A stretch of 44,752 nucleotides of DNA. It comes from Perkinsus olseni. Taxonomy: Eukaryota. Positions within the stretch are counted from its first letter, which is position 1, and each line of letters opens with the position of its first letter. Below, one piece after another: positions 34,079 through 44,752 of the stretch. The notes under the pieces are model-generated. The model did no database searches, was not told where the DNA came from, and was given only the letters and a program-made list of their open reading frames with translations. The stretch lies in assembly GCA_013115125.1 (NCBI GenBank), contig JABANN010000269.1, forward strand, positions 1 through 44,752, written 5' to 3'. The translations under genes and the position numbers were made by a program.

Positions 34079-35230
34079 CAGAGAGAAGTAGACAGGATGG
34101 AAGTTGGCGATGTCACAGTCGAAAACCTGCCAATCGTAGCAACCAAACTTAATTTTTCCGTTTCTTCTGAGAGCAGACTTTTTGATTCTTTCTCGCGGAA
34201 ATTTCCAAAAAAGAAGGGACACGTCAGAACCAGTTATGGCATCCAACGAAATCGTCTCACCTCCGGGTTCCGCTTCATGAGCGGTACGAAAGCCTCGCGT
34301 GTGAGGAGTTGAGTCTGGCAATCGAATTTTCCCCAAGCATGCTGCAAACTGAAGTTGGTGTAGCGTGCTGCATGGGTGAGCTCCCGGCCTAGACCTGAGG
34401 TCAATGACACTACTATCAGCCTCTCCACAGGACGTTCAGCGACCACACACTGCCATGGGGGATTCCCCGTCTCATTGCGCTGCTATCAGACGCTGATTAC
34501 TCCTCGTTGTAAATCAACACGATCTTTAGTTTTGCCAAGTCCTACGTATACAGCGAACGGGGCCGATTTCACCGGAACAATTAACATGTGGGAACGAACC
34601 AGAAGAGCGATTCTAAGTTAGAGAGGTTATCTTTACTGGCCCCCACCCTACTATAAGCATAGATCGCAATGGTTTCATCACTTCACCTAATGCTGGCCAA
34701 AGCCTCTATTCGACGGAGTCGATCCATCGTGACACGGCCCATCGCTCACCTCTGTGTTTGGTGAAGGCCCTGTACCAGCGAAAGGCATTAGCCACTTCCT
34801 TACTGCTCATGCTGACGGAGAAAGAGGGACCACAGTCTGCCTGATTCTGCTGCGGTAAACTCATCGTTAATATCGCGCGCGCCCAAGCGATAGATTTACT
34901 GCGCGACCTCAGTCACTGCACGACTTCCACTGTGCTAGAGCCCTGTGTTGTGGCTTTAGGGTGGTATTAGCATTTGGACGGCGATGTCGGCGCGGTTCCT
35001 TGATCCACACGACTTGCTCGTACCGCACCCTCCCCAGCTCACCTGAAACCCTGTCGTTGTGAGCGAGTCGTTTTTTGGAATGACTGAGCACTACTCTCCG
35101 CACCATTAATAGCCTACCCTTCTCTCTTTGATGGAGCGTCTCCATGGTCTCCATCTTGTGCTGTGGAGCTCCACACGTCCACCGCTTCTGTTAGCTTCCC
35201 CGAACTCTAACCCCATTGATTGTTTTAATA

Positions 35231-35701
35231 ATGAGATACGTCTACTTGCTTGCCTTCTTCACGGCGCTCTGGGCATGCCTTATATCAGCCGCTGGGGCGC
35301 CTCTCAATGGTAGACGTAGGATGCACCAGTTTGGCGAACAGTTCCGGGAGTTCGACCAAGACAGGAACGGTAAGTGCCCATAAACACCGCTCCGCCGCCC
35401 GCAGTTGACCTTCTTGCCAGGTGTAGTGGATGCTCAGGAGATCCGAAGCGCTCTCGGCATCATGCCTACTAGATTTGTTGATATGTTTTTAAAGAGAGTT
35501 GACGTCGACCAAGATGGGAAAAGTACGTGGTGGCCCATGGGATTCAGTCTCCCTCTGGTCTCGGGGATCTCTTCAGTTCGTGCCATTGTTGACTCTTCCT
35601 CGCTGGCCATGGTCATTCGACCAGCGGAGCGAAGTTTTATTCTTGTCGTTTTTTGTTCAGTTTCTCGCGACGAATATCTCGAATACGCTCTATCAGATTA
35701 G
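35231..35701 (+). CDS. Small secreted two-EF-hand protein (array copy 1)
   Basis: MRYVYLLAFFTALWACLISAAG...FDQDRNG|VVDAQE...VDVDQDGK|ISRDEYLEYALSD*. 3 exons, about 93 aa. Confidence 0.88.
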
Positions 35702-35973
35702 CCAAGGGTTGATGGTGATGCGCTATGAGCAGCTAATGTTAATTATGTTGAAGGCCCGGCACTGTTGCCGCCCCTTCCCCGTCTCTTATTATTTCCCAGT
35801 AGTATTCTCTCAATATTCTCTCAACTGCACCCTGTTTCTGAGCCTTGCAGCAGCACTTGCTGAGTTGAGTAGCCTATAGTCGACCAGGGGAGACGGGTGA
35901 TGGTGGGGCGTCTCGTCGCGGGAGGGCCCTGCCAGGTTGGGGGATGCTAGTTTTTCTGTTTTTCCTGGCCTCT

Positions 35974-36818
35974 ATGAGATGGTGTATTGTGGTGACAGTA
36001 GGCTGGCTGATGTATCAAGTTAGCTGTAGAATGGAACGAGCGGAGATACAGGAGTTTCAGAGGCAGCATTATTCGTCAATGGATCTCAATCAGGATGGTG
36101 AGTCGCCGCTGTCCGCAGCGGCTCTTCACCGATTGGTATGATCATGGTCAGGTCTGATTGATGCACAGGAGCTACGAACGACCATACTGGGCTTGCCTGT
36201 GGAGTACCACCCGGTAGCTGAGAAAAGCCTATTAGATATGGTACACAAGATGGACACCAATCAGGATGGCATTAGTAGGGGGTAGTGGGGACGTGTCCGC
36301 TACGATTAGGGAGGCTTGGAGCCAGCCCATGGGCATCTGAGTGTGCTTTTCTGGGTTGGTACGGAGAGATTACTAAGCTCCTTCGAGTTGGTGATTGGTC
36401 TTGGATTACGTGTAGTTTTCTGCAGTCGTTGAGTAGCGCTAGGCCGACTGCTATAGATGACCCTCGTTACCTTGTGTACGGAAGTCTTGGTGGGGCTAGT
36501 GCAATATTAGCATAAGTTGATGGTGATGATACGAGTATTGTTACTGTAGTAATTCGGTTTTTCCCATGATGATGATTATCGGCATGATCTCTCTGTGTTC
36601 GCTCGGTCAAGCTTGAAACGATAATGGAGGACCTAGAATAGACGGCCCAGGGGAATTCGTAGTCTTCCGACTGAAAGCCCGCTAGAGTAACCTTCTCGTG
36701 TTTCCATTCGTAATCTGGTAGTAGAATAGGAGCTGTCTTGTTAGTTACCTGGGAGGAGTATGTTGACAGCAGTCTTAACGACTCGGTAGCAGCATCAGTA
36801 GTAGAGGCGGCGAACTAA
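35974..36818 (+). CDS. Small secreted two-EF-hand protein (array copy 2)
   Basis: MRWCIVVTVGWLMYQVSC...MDLNQDG|LIDAQE...MDTNQDGI|ITWEEYVD...AAN*. Second intron 36275-36744. An alternative in-frame ATG sits at 35944. Confidence 0.82.
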
Positions 36819-37212
36819 TTTCTCAAATTGGCCTTGCCCACTTCCCCAGCCTTGTGTTGCTACGCCGTTCCGAAATTACGGCCATTCTAGAGGACGTGAG
36901 TATCCTCAGCGTGGTCGATTCCAACCCACGTGATGGCCTAGGTTCTTGCGGAGCCCTCTTCGCATTTTCCCAGCTCATTCAATACTGTCATTGCTCACCG
37001 CGGTGCCCGGGGAGGGGGTATCTAAGAACCGTTCATGCAATTGTGGATGAGTCTCAAGTTTGCCAGGTGTTTCGATCGGATGTCCGTCATATGCCGTTCA
37101 TTTTCTGAGCGCTCTAGCGTCCCGAAATCATCTCTCCCAATGCTGCCTATCATCACTCGTCATCAAACCATCGGTTGCCTTGCCGTCCACAGTTTTCTGT
37201 TCTATTGTTTTA

Positions 37213-37614
37213 ATGAAAGGCGTAGCCTTGCCGCTCACTATTTCGCTGTTGTACTGCAGCGACAAGTTTTTTGTGACTGCCAGAAGGTCCACTGACGAGA
37301 TGTACATGGAGCACTTCAAGTCACTGGACACCAACGGCGATGGTAATGTTATTTTGCACTTTTTCTATCAGTTTCTCGTCCATGCGTCAGGCTACGTTGA
37401 TATGCAAGAGATGAGATCGTCCATGCTGGATATGCCTCAAGAATACTGGGCCACAGTCGAACGTAGCATGTATGAGAGATTGATGAAATTGGATACCAAT
37501 AATGACGGACTGCGTAATAGCAACGAGTGACGCTAGGGTGGGTAGGAGCTCCTGACCGCAGTTACCTGGGAAGAGTACGTCGATGCTCTGCTCGGCGACA
37601 CGGTTGATGAATAA
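37213..37614 (+). CDS. Small secreted two-EF-hand protein (array copy 3)
   Basis: MKGVALPLTISLLYCS...LDTNGDG|YVDMQE...LDTNNDGL|LTWEEYVDALLGDTVDE*. Confidence 0.88.
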
Positions 37615-38455
37615 ACCCCCTTTCCTTTTCGACACAGAGGGCAGGCAAAAGGTGCCGCCCGTCCCTACACGGCTTAGACCACCACAACTGCAATTATAAC
37701 TGTCACCAAGCATGGCTGTGTGTAGTTGAGTTCGAGTGATGCACACGAGGCTTTATCCTCACCCTCTCTGTTACTGACAGCCGCTCGCTATCGTGTCTAT
37801 CCTTCCCTAGGCCTGGTGAGTGGCTCATAGCTTCGTAAGGATAGGTAGTGGGTGTCGTCTTGGTCGTGCCACTGGTGGCAACCGTCCGACTGTACGTGCG
37901 TTTTCAGGGTGACGTTGATGGTTGTTGGAATTGACTATATCGTCGTATCTCTCTTTCCGAACTACGCCCACCATCATCGTGTAGGCACTTACCGTCGTAC
38001 GAGTTCAAATGCTTCTTGCGCCGCATCTCCTGAGGCCTTCTGATTTCTCCTCGCTTAGCCGGCCAAGCTTGGGATAACAGTTTTTAGTACCGTAATAGAC
38101 GAACCCAATTTATCTGTCGTTTAGTGTCGTACCACTCCATCCGTCACTCTCGTTGTTGCTGATGCGATTTGAGACAGGAGGGGATCTCGCCGGACTGTTT
38201 GCTCTCGTTGCTAATTCTTCGCGGATTTTTTCATAACGGATCTTGGACGATCTCCCGAGGATGGGGCGCGACTCGTCACACGCCGTCGCAGCGCTTCAAT
38301 TGGCTTCGTCATTATTGAGTCAAGCAGAATCGAGCATTCAATGTTCTGTGAGCATGCCATCGGATAAGTAGGGCTGAGCGATCGCGGAGTTTTTACTTCA
38401 TCACTCCGAGTGACGATTTGTCTTTCTCGCGAAGTTTTCTGTTTTTACCCCTTTT

Positions 38456-38852
38456 ATGAAACCTAGAGCACTGCTGTTCACCGTCACGCTACTTATGTGG
38501 CGTTGGGACGAGTATTTTGTACAAGCTAAACGCGTTTCGGATGAGGTGTACACGGAGCACTTCAAATCGGCCGACATCAATGGCGATGGTTTGTTCATTT
38601 CACGGTTTTTCTGTCAGTTTTGCCCCTCTCTGTCAGGTTTTATTGACATGCAGGAAGTCCGATCGCTGCTATTGAACATTGGTGGTGAGAACTGGCGTAC
38701 TACAGAACGCAGTATGTATGATAGTTTGAAGAAGTTCGATGCCAATAGCGATGGATTAAGTAATGACATCAGCGAGGGGGAAAAGGGCTCGACTCTTCTT
38801 GGCAGTTTCGTGGGAGGAGTACATTGACGCTTTTCTCGCCGATACCGCATAA
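38456..38852 (+). CDS. Small secreted two-EF-hand protein (array copy 4)
   Basis: MKPRALLFTVTLLMW...ADINGDG|FIDMQE...FDANSDGL|ISWEEYIDAFLADTA*. Closest to copy 3. Confidence 0.88.
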
Positions 38853-39149
38853 GGTGAACTTTTTCGAGGAAAGTTTGCTCGACTCTCGGGGACGGACAAG
38901 GCCGTCCAGTCTTCGAAGGCTTATTGCCTTCTCAACTGTCATCAAGGCTTGCGTGTTGAGTTCGGGTCTGGCATGGTGGATACTTGGTGGATCATGATTC
39001 CTTTCCATCCTTGTGGGAGCCCGAGGCGTGACGTTCGGGACCTTTGTGTTAACCATGGGTATGACAACACAGTACAGGTTCTCCCGCCTGCTCGTAGTGG
39101 CGCTTATGGAAGCCCACGGATGAAGATATTACAGGATTACCGATTGATA

Positions 39150-39792
39150 ATGCTAATAAGAGTGCTGGCAGCAGCCCTGATGTTCCCCGGCGTCGATGGC
39201 AGGGACGAGAAAACAGTTCAGGAGATGTACGAGGCTCAATTTCGACAGTTCGATTCCAATGATGATGGTAGCAGCGGCATCGGACCTCTGGACCCATCAG
39301 CTTGCCTCGGTCGCCGTAGGTTTGATAGACGCACAGGAACTGAGGGCCCTCCTTGGCGATTTAGCGGAGCATCACCTGGATGCATATTTTAGGAAGACTG
39401 ATACGAATAAGGACGGCGCTGGTAGGGTTGCCGTGGCGGTCAGCGTAGGGTTGTTACAGTGAAAATGAGCCATTACCCATCGGGAGAGATTATGATACAG
39501 GATTCTAGCTTCCTTGTTTGTGTACAGGGCTCGCTAGAGAGTTCCCGACTTATTCTTCGCTCCGTCGTGGCCTTCGTGGGTGGCTGCGACCTGTGTCATC
39601 GAAGCTCATAGTAATCGGTGACGTAGCGCATTGCTGGAGCATCGTCCGTCGCAACTTGGATTGAATTGAAGTACTTTTCTGTGATCCTGCGAGGCTCTCA
39701 CGAAAACAGCGGTTGGGAAAATCTGCTGTTTGATTTCAGTATCCTGGACGGAGTTTGTCGGTGATGCCCTGTCTGAGGACGGGAAGGCTTGA
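39150..39792 (+). CDS. Small secreted two-EF-hand protein (array copy 5)
   Basis: MLIRVLAAALMFPGVDG...FDSNDDG|LIDAQE...TDTNKDGA|VSWTEFVGDALSEDGKA*. Second intron 39422-39739. Confidence 0.82.
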
Positions 39793-39908
39793 AGCAGATC
39801 ATCGTAGTTCGAGTACAAGGTCTTTGGGCCACTCATACTTGTAGTAGTTGCGTTGCCTCCTCCCTCATCTTCTCGTTTGCCAGTGGAACAGTTTTTCTTC
39901 CTCGTGTA

Positions 39909-40289
39909 ATGCGTTCGTTTTTTCTTTCGTGTATTGTCTCTCTGCTGGTGTCATCTGTACACGCCACAGTTAGAGATATCGATGCTGAGACCATGGGCCG
40001 CTTCGACGACCAGATGAAGGAGATGGATCTCGACGGCAATGGTAGTAGCTCACCGCTGCTCCTTCTTGTTCGGTCGAAGGATGGGTGTCTTGTCAGGTCG
40101 AGTGGACGCCCAAGAGATCCGCAGCATCTTTCTGGACATGTCGGATTCTTTCGTCGATAGGTTTATGAGAAACATCGATCAAGATCAGGACGGCAGTTGT
40201 AGTGTCCACAGGGTCAGTGGTGTGTTTTTACGGTTTTTCTATCAGTTTCTCGCGACGAGTATTTCGACTACGCGTTCTCTGAAGACTAG
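39909..40289 (+). CDS. Small secreted two-EF-hand protein (array copy 6)
   Basis: MRSFFLSCIVSLLVSSVHA...MDLDGNG|RVDAQE...IDQDQDGS|FSRDEYFDYAFSED*. Closest to copy 1. Confidence 0.88.
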
Positions 40290-40453
40290 AAGAAAAGATC
40301 GAGCACTCGAAGTAACTGCAGTCGCAAGTGTTGCCGTAGGGTTTCTAGTTTCTGCCACCTTCATGCGGGCTCGAGTTATCTCATTTCCCTAGAGGGTCTG
40401 CCATCATCTCGCGTTGATCATCAGCATTGTGTGTTTTGTGGGCTTGAGCTGGA

Positions 40454-43400
40454 ATGGCATCTTCACCTTTTCCCGGGCGTATGCTGGTACACCCAGGAGA
40501 CCCCAACCTAGTTTTGGAGCTCACGGATGACGGTGCTGTGAGGATACTCGACCTACTGGCCGGTCCGAAGGCCGAGGCCGCGGCTGGTCTGATTGATGGT
40601 GGCGTTAAAGATGCTTGCTGGCTCTCCATCACTTGCGGGGAAGCTGTCTTCATCACAGTCACGGACAAGGCGACTATCGAAGCCTACTCAGCTCTGGTGT
40701 GCCTCCTGGCGCCGCCCCCTCAGCCACGACCAGAGCCTTTGAAGATCCGTAGTGTACCCGAGCTAGCACTGGCGGGAACAACGACAGGCTTGTGTGCTAC
40801 TACCACCTGCGACGTGGTTGGCATTGCCTTCGCTGACGGCCGAGTGAGCTTGGCTAGGCCTCGGCCGAGGGATGTGAGCGGACATGATACCACATTATGG
40901 TTGGATATTGTCAGTACCCTCGACTGCCGTCCTGGCAGCCCGGTGGCGATCTACAGTCCAACGGCCTATGCCTATTGTCATGCCCAGCGGGATTCAGTCG
41001 TCTTGGAGGGGTTCGGTGCGCGGAGATCGCCCCAGCTATGTGAGATCGATTACCCCAAGGGAGCTGTGGGTGTCATCAGCTTAGCAGCCACGACGGACGT
41101 TGTGGCCGCGATCTATGACCTCGGTGGTACTGATAAGTGCCAAGAGTGTATTTACTCGACGTACGAGGTGCCGCCCAGCCTGGTGCATTCTTCGGTAATT
41201 GATGTAACGGAGGTGCAAGGGCCACTGCAGATGATGAGCATCAGAGACACCAATGCGGTGGTTATGGTCGTGAGCTCAAATAGGATCGTCGTCCGGTCAC
41301 GAACGTATTTGGATGGCGAACGATGGCTGAGTTGGGGGCTCTTCGATCCTCCCAAATGCTTTGCTCTGATTCCGGAAAAAGATGGTATGGGCTGGGACCA
41401 CTGCCTTGCCGCCGGGGGAACTGTCGAAATTCTGTCCAGAGGCTGCACGAGAGAGTTTTCAAGATCGAGCTTGCCTTTGGAAGAATCCAACCCTGTGATT
41501 GCCCTGCATAGAGCTTTGGATACGGCATTTGCGCAGCCGGAAGATTTGCCCGACTGGTGCCATGAGTTTGCAGCTGACGGCGAAGTGAAGCGATTGGTCA
41601 CCGACGGCCCGTCTCGGCGGTTTTACATCAAACTGGCGTTTGTCCTCTCGCCAGAGCACAAGAAGGATTGCATTAACTCTGGTGTAGCTGTTAACACCGA
41701 GGATTGCTTCTTGGCGTCGATCGGCGAGTCGCAGGATTTTTTGATCCAGCTCCTCACTCGGGCCGCCCCCACGGACGACAGTGACGCTGAGCTGTGGAGT
41801 ACATATTTCCGTACACTAGGGGTCGGATTCTGGGCCAACTCGCTCAACCAACTGCGGTCCACCGTTCTGGACTTGCTATTGAAACGGTCTCTGGCGAAGT
41901 ATCGAAGGACCAAGGAGTTGTCGGTCATCGAGGGCGAGAGCGCCTTGTGGTTGGCGCTCCTTGGACGCCAGAAGGTTTTGGCGTCCCTCTACAAGCAGCA
42001 TGGGCAGTTGACCAGCGACGCCAAGGCCCTCAGAGTTGCCAGCTTCCTGGCCATGGACTTCACCACACCTGAGAACAAGCGTCTCGGTGCTAAGAACGCT
42101 TTCGAGTTGGTCCGCCAAAAACGGCATTCGATGGCAGCAGCGGTATTCCTGCTCATCGGCGATGTCCGGTCGGCTGTTAACGTGGCCACGCGGTATCTTG
42201 AGGATGTCCAACTGGCCATCCTGTTCATCCGTTGTGGCGATGCTGATGGAGGCATCACCAAGGAGTGCTTAGACGACTTGTTTGCTGACACGAGCTTCGA
42301 TAGTTGGGTTGGCCTTTGGCGCCTCTGTTCATCTCACGACTACGCTGAGCTTGCTCGAAGGTTGGCTGTGGCTGGGTCTGAGGATCTTTCGGTCGCTGGA
42401 TCCGAGCCCATTGATCGTGACCCGTCTCTTGGCGTCCTGCCCACTCCGCCACATCTGAGCACCTGTTCTACCAGAGATATCTTTGAGTATCTTTGCAGTG
42501 CGGTACCTGCATTTGGAGCTCAAGCTGAAGGGCTTGTTGTGGAAGATGCTCCGAAAAGTGTCGTTGCCACGCGCTTGCTTGGTCGGGGACTGGCAGCGTT
42601 GCTGCCACCAGTGGCGGAGGAGTCGGCCTTGACCAGCGCCGTCCATTGGGCGAGGAGAGCGTCGATTCTCTTCGACGAAGTTCTCACACCGCGGAAGGCC
42701 CCGAAGATGCCATCATGCATCCCTGGTGAAGCCACAGACGCTCCTCTTGGCAGCGACCTTCAGAGCTACTGGATACGCAGAGTTCGAGGGGCGTTGCTAG
42801 ATCCAAGATTGAACCCTATGCCCCCGGCCCCCGAGCTGTGGTCGATACTGTCAAGGCTGGTCCATACCTCTAATGGAGGCATGCTGCCAAGCTGGGCTGC
42901 CGAGCTGACATCCATGGTGCTGGCGGGTATTGGGGACTGGTCGACCAGCGTACCCGAGGTGCAGGAGGCCGCCGCGGCTGTGGTCCTGAGTGAACTTGAG
43001 AGGCTCCTACTGGAGCACGAGGCCGCTGCGACCGGCCCTTCTGAGAAGACTCAGGCCGACAAAAGTCGGATCACTCTAGCTGAGCATTACACTGGCGTTC
43101 TGTTCGAGCTTCTGCAGCCCAACTCCTCTCCTCAAGCGGCCGTCGCAGCCGAGGCGCCGCCACTCACGTGCTTGACGGAAGCACCAGGTGGCCATTCTAT
43201 GCGGCTGCGGTCACTTGTTGTCTGCTCTCTGGTCTTGGAGCGGGTCCTGAGCCCACCTAAAGGCTCGCCTAAATTGACCGTCTATGAACGGCAGTATCAG
43301 CTGTTGGTGAGGTGGCACTTGAAAACACATGTCTATGAAGCCATGCTGGAGCCCGAAGCCGTACACGCTGGCCAAGCGGACGAACCCAATCGAGAGCACC

Positions 43401-44752
43401 CCTTGGAGACGATACTGGCAGCACCGAGACGCCTCAGGCTATTGCAAAGTACATGTCCTGCGTATCGTCGAACGCCCGTACAGGAGAGCGAGCACTTGCC
43501 GAAGTCGTTGCATCTGTCGGGTATAATGAGCCAGCTTGGGTGGCACTCTATCACTGGCCTGTGCCTGGATAGGTCAGCTGGGGCCTCTCTAAGGCTTGCA
43601 GTGTCGGCCGGCTATGAGACGGGTCTTGTGAAGGTTATCGATCTACCACAGCTCATTCGGACCTCAGTTGGGTTCCGTGATGGCGTGACGCCGGAGGAGT
43701 ACTATCGCGAAGACTCTCAGTGGCGGATGGACATCGAGCGATCGGTGATGAATTCCAACACTAACTTGCCTGCCGGTACCAAGATAGTCCCGAGCGAACG
43801 GACTCGCTTCATCATGGGAGCTGCTGAGCCGCCAGCGAATACCCGCTTGGGCTCGGCCCTGCCCCTCCGTCCCGGATGCAGGATGTACGCTAGTGACGTC
43901 ATGCTGCTGTCTTTGGGCGTCAGCTGGGTCTATGGCAATAACGGCGTCAGTATGTTTGACCGCTTCAACAGCAGTACCGCCCTCGGGCAATCTTCTGTCT
44001 GCAATTCCCTGACAGCGCATCCAACGACCAGCGTCTTCGCCTCGGCGACCAACAGCGGCGTGCGAGTATGCTCGTTCGGGTGCCCAGCCATCGATGAGCC
44101 TGCTCAGGAGTTGTGTGCGTTCGAATCCAGCCAGCGTCCCTCCTTGCGCGATGCCCTCCGGGTCGCCTCGTGGTCGGCTAATGGCGAGACACTAGCAGCA
44201 ATCGGCAAGAGGGGCCACCTGTCGGTATGGTCTGCTCGGCGGCCCGGCAAGCCCATCATCTCCTTTGGCTCGCCCTTCATTCGAGGGAATGACGTGAAGG
44301 CGTTGACGCCCTCGGGCTCCCTGATGCTGATTTGTGGACGGGAAACTCCAGACGGTTCTGGTGGTGCTGCTATGATCGACTGTCGGTGCCCGGAGCTGGT
44401 CGTCCAGAAGTGGAACGCTGGTCCGGGCCTGGAGTATACGTGCGCGTCTGGACTGTCCCAGCCGCAAGAGCTGCAGCTTGGCACCTGTGATGGCCGAGTG
44501 GTTGATCTGGACACCCGCGCGAGTGGTAGCAGCAGAACGGTTATGTTGTACCCTGGTGGTCACGACAGAAGTCCCGCTATCCACAGCTTGTTGCGGTATG
44601 GTAGCGACCAAGACGGCATAGTAGCAGTGACACACGGGAGCGCCGTGGGAGTCCTTCAAGCTGGGAAGGATGCTGGATTCTTCGACTCCGAATACACTTT
44701 GCACAAGGGCGGTATGAAGTCGGCCGTAAAGGCTGCCTTCAGCAAGATAGGC
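40454..44752 (+). CDS. RAV1: Rav1/DMXL (RAVE / rabconnectin-3 alpha) V-ATPase assembly factor homolog; 3'-partial
   Basis: Frame from ATG 40454 appears open to the window end; it is absent from the ORF track, consistent with having no stop. A Rav1p_C-type block at about 41930-42235 reads ALWLALLGRQKVLASLYK...VASFLAMDFTTPENKRLGAKNAFELVRQKRHSMAAAVFLLIGDVRSAVNVATRYLEDVQLAILFIR. WD40-like segments occur near the end (LTAHPTTSVFASA, WSANGETLAAIGKRGHLSVW). Confidence 0.85.
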   Translation, partial: MASSPFPGRMLVHPGDPNLVLELTDDGAVRILDLLAGPKAEAAAGLIDGGVKDACWLSITCGEAVFITVTDKATIEAYSALVCLLAPPPQPRPEPLKIRSVPELALAGTTTGLCATTTCDVVGIAFADGRVSLARPRPRDVSGHDTTLWLDIVSTLDCRPGSPVAIYSPTAYAYCHAQRDSVVLEGFGARRSPQLCEIDYPKGAVGVISLAATTDVVAAIYDLGGTDKCQECIYSTYEVPPSLVHSSVIDVTEVQGPLQMMSIRDTNAVVMVVSSNRIVVRSRTYLDGERWLSWGLFDPPKCFALIPEKDGMGWDHCLAAGGTVEILSRGCTREFSRSSLPLEESNPVIALHRALDTAFAQPEDLPDWCHEFAADGEVKRLVTDGPSRRFYIKLAFVLSPEHKKDCINSGVAVNTEDCFLASIGESQDFLIQLLTRAAPTDDSDAELWSTYFRTLGVGFWANSLNQLRSTVLDLLLKRSLAKYRRTKELSVIEGESALWLALLGRQKVLASLYKQHGQLTSDAKALRVASFLAMDFTTPENKRLGAKNAFELVRQKRHSMAAAVFLLIGDVRSAVNVATRYLEDVQLAILFIRCGDADGGITKECLDDLFADTSFDSWVGLWRLCSSHDYAELARRLAVAGSEDLSVAGSEPIDRDPSLGVLPTPPHLSTCSTRDIFEYLCSAVPAFGAQAEGLVVEDAPKSVVATRLLGRGLAALLPPVAEESALTSAVHWARRASILFDEVLTPRKAPKMPSCIPGEATDAPLGSDLQSYWIRRVRGALLDPRLNPMPPAPELWSILSRLVHTSNGGMLPSWAAELTSMVLAGIGDWSTSVPEVQEAAAAVVLSELERLLLEHEAAATGPSEKTQADKSRITLAEHYTGVLFELLQPNSSPQAAVAAEAPPLTCLTEAPGGHSMRLRSLVVCSLVLERVLSPPKGSPKLTVYERQYQLLVRWHLKTHVYEAMLEPEAVHAGQADEPNREHPLETILAAPRRLRLLQSTCPAYRRTPVQESEHLPKSLHLSGIMSQLGWHSITGLCLDRSAGASLRLAVSAGYETGLVKVIDLPQLIRTSVGFRDGVTPEEYYREDSQWRMDIERSVMNSNTNLPAGTKIVPSERTRFIMGAAEPPANTRLGSALPLRPGCRMYASDVMLLSLGVSWVYGNNGVSMFDRFNSSTALGQSSVCNSLTAHPTTSVFASATNSGVRVCSFGCPAIDEPAQELCAFESSQRPSLRDALRVASWSANGETLAAIGKRGHLSVWSARRPGKPIISFGSPFIRGNDVKALTPSGSLMLICGRETPDGSGGAAMIDCRCPELVVQKWNAGPGLEYTCASGLSQPQELQLGTCDGRVVDLDTRASGSSRTVMLYPGGHDRSPAIHSLLRYGSDQDGIVAVTHGSAVGVLQAGKDAGFFDSEYTLHKGGMKSAVKAAFSKIG

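Noticed and set aside
36566-36674. C/D-box snoRNA candidate (ATGATGA ... CTGA) in a long EF-hand intron
   Set aside because: No terminal stem or recognisable rRNA antisense element, and such short boxes occur by chance.
1-44752. CRISPR arrays, prokaryotic operons, rRNA genes, transposase or reverse-transcriptase ORFs
   Set aside because: No regularly spaced repeats, rRNA-like blocks or RT/DDE motifs were seen, and the gene structure is spliceosomal and eukaryotic.

Overview
Gene-dense eukaryotic DNA with many short (about 32-60 nt) GT-AG introns. A Perkinsus-type spliced-leader (SL) sequence and the gene content point to a perkinsid alveolate, most likely a Perkinsus species (inference). Most entries in the ORF track are exon fragments, so I rebuilt gene models by hand-splicing. 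From left to right the window holds: a DUF962/Mpo1-like membrane protein, a GT8 glycosyltransferase, a secreted CAP/SCP protein, a helical-repeat RAP-type protein, an N-myristoylated beta-propeller candidate, a membrane MORN-like + DUF900 alpha/beta-hydrolase, an SL RNA gene, a cluster of lineage-specific secreted proteins, a ~9.7 kb UBR1-type N-recognin E3 ligase, a tandem array of six small secreted two-EF-hand proteins, and an intronless Rav1/DMXL homolog that runs off the right end. There are also two small MITE-like elements. The most unusual feature is the SL RNA gene, whose 22-nt leader is split by a 54-nt hairpin insert flanked by a GTAG duplication. Precise removal of the insert restores a perfect SL, and one removal register is a 58-nt GA-AG intron.
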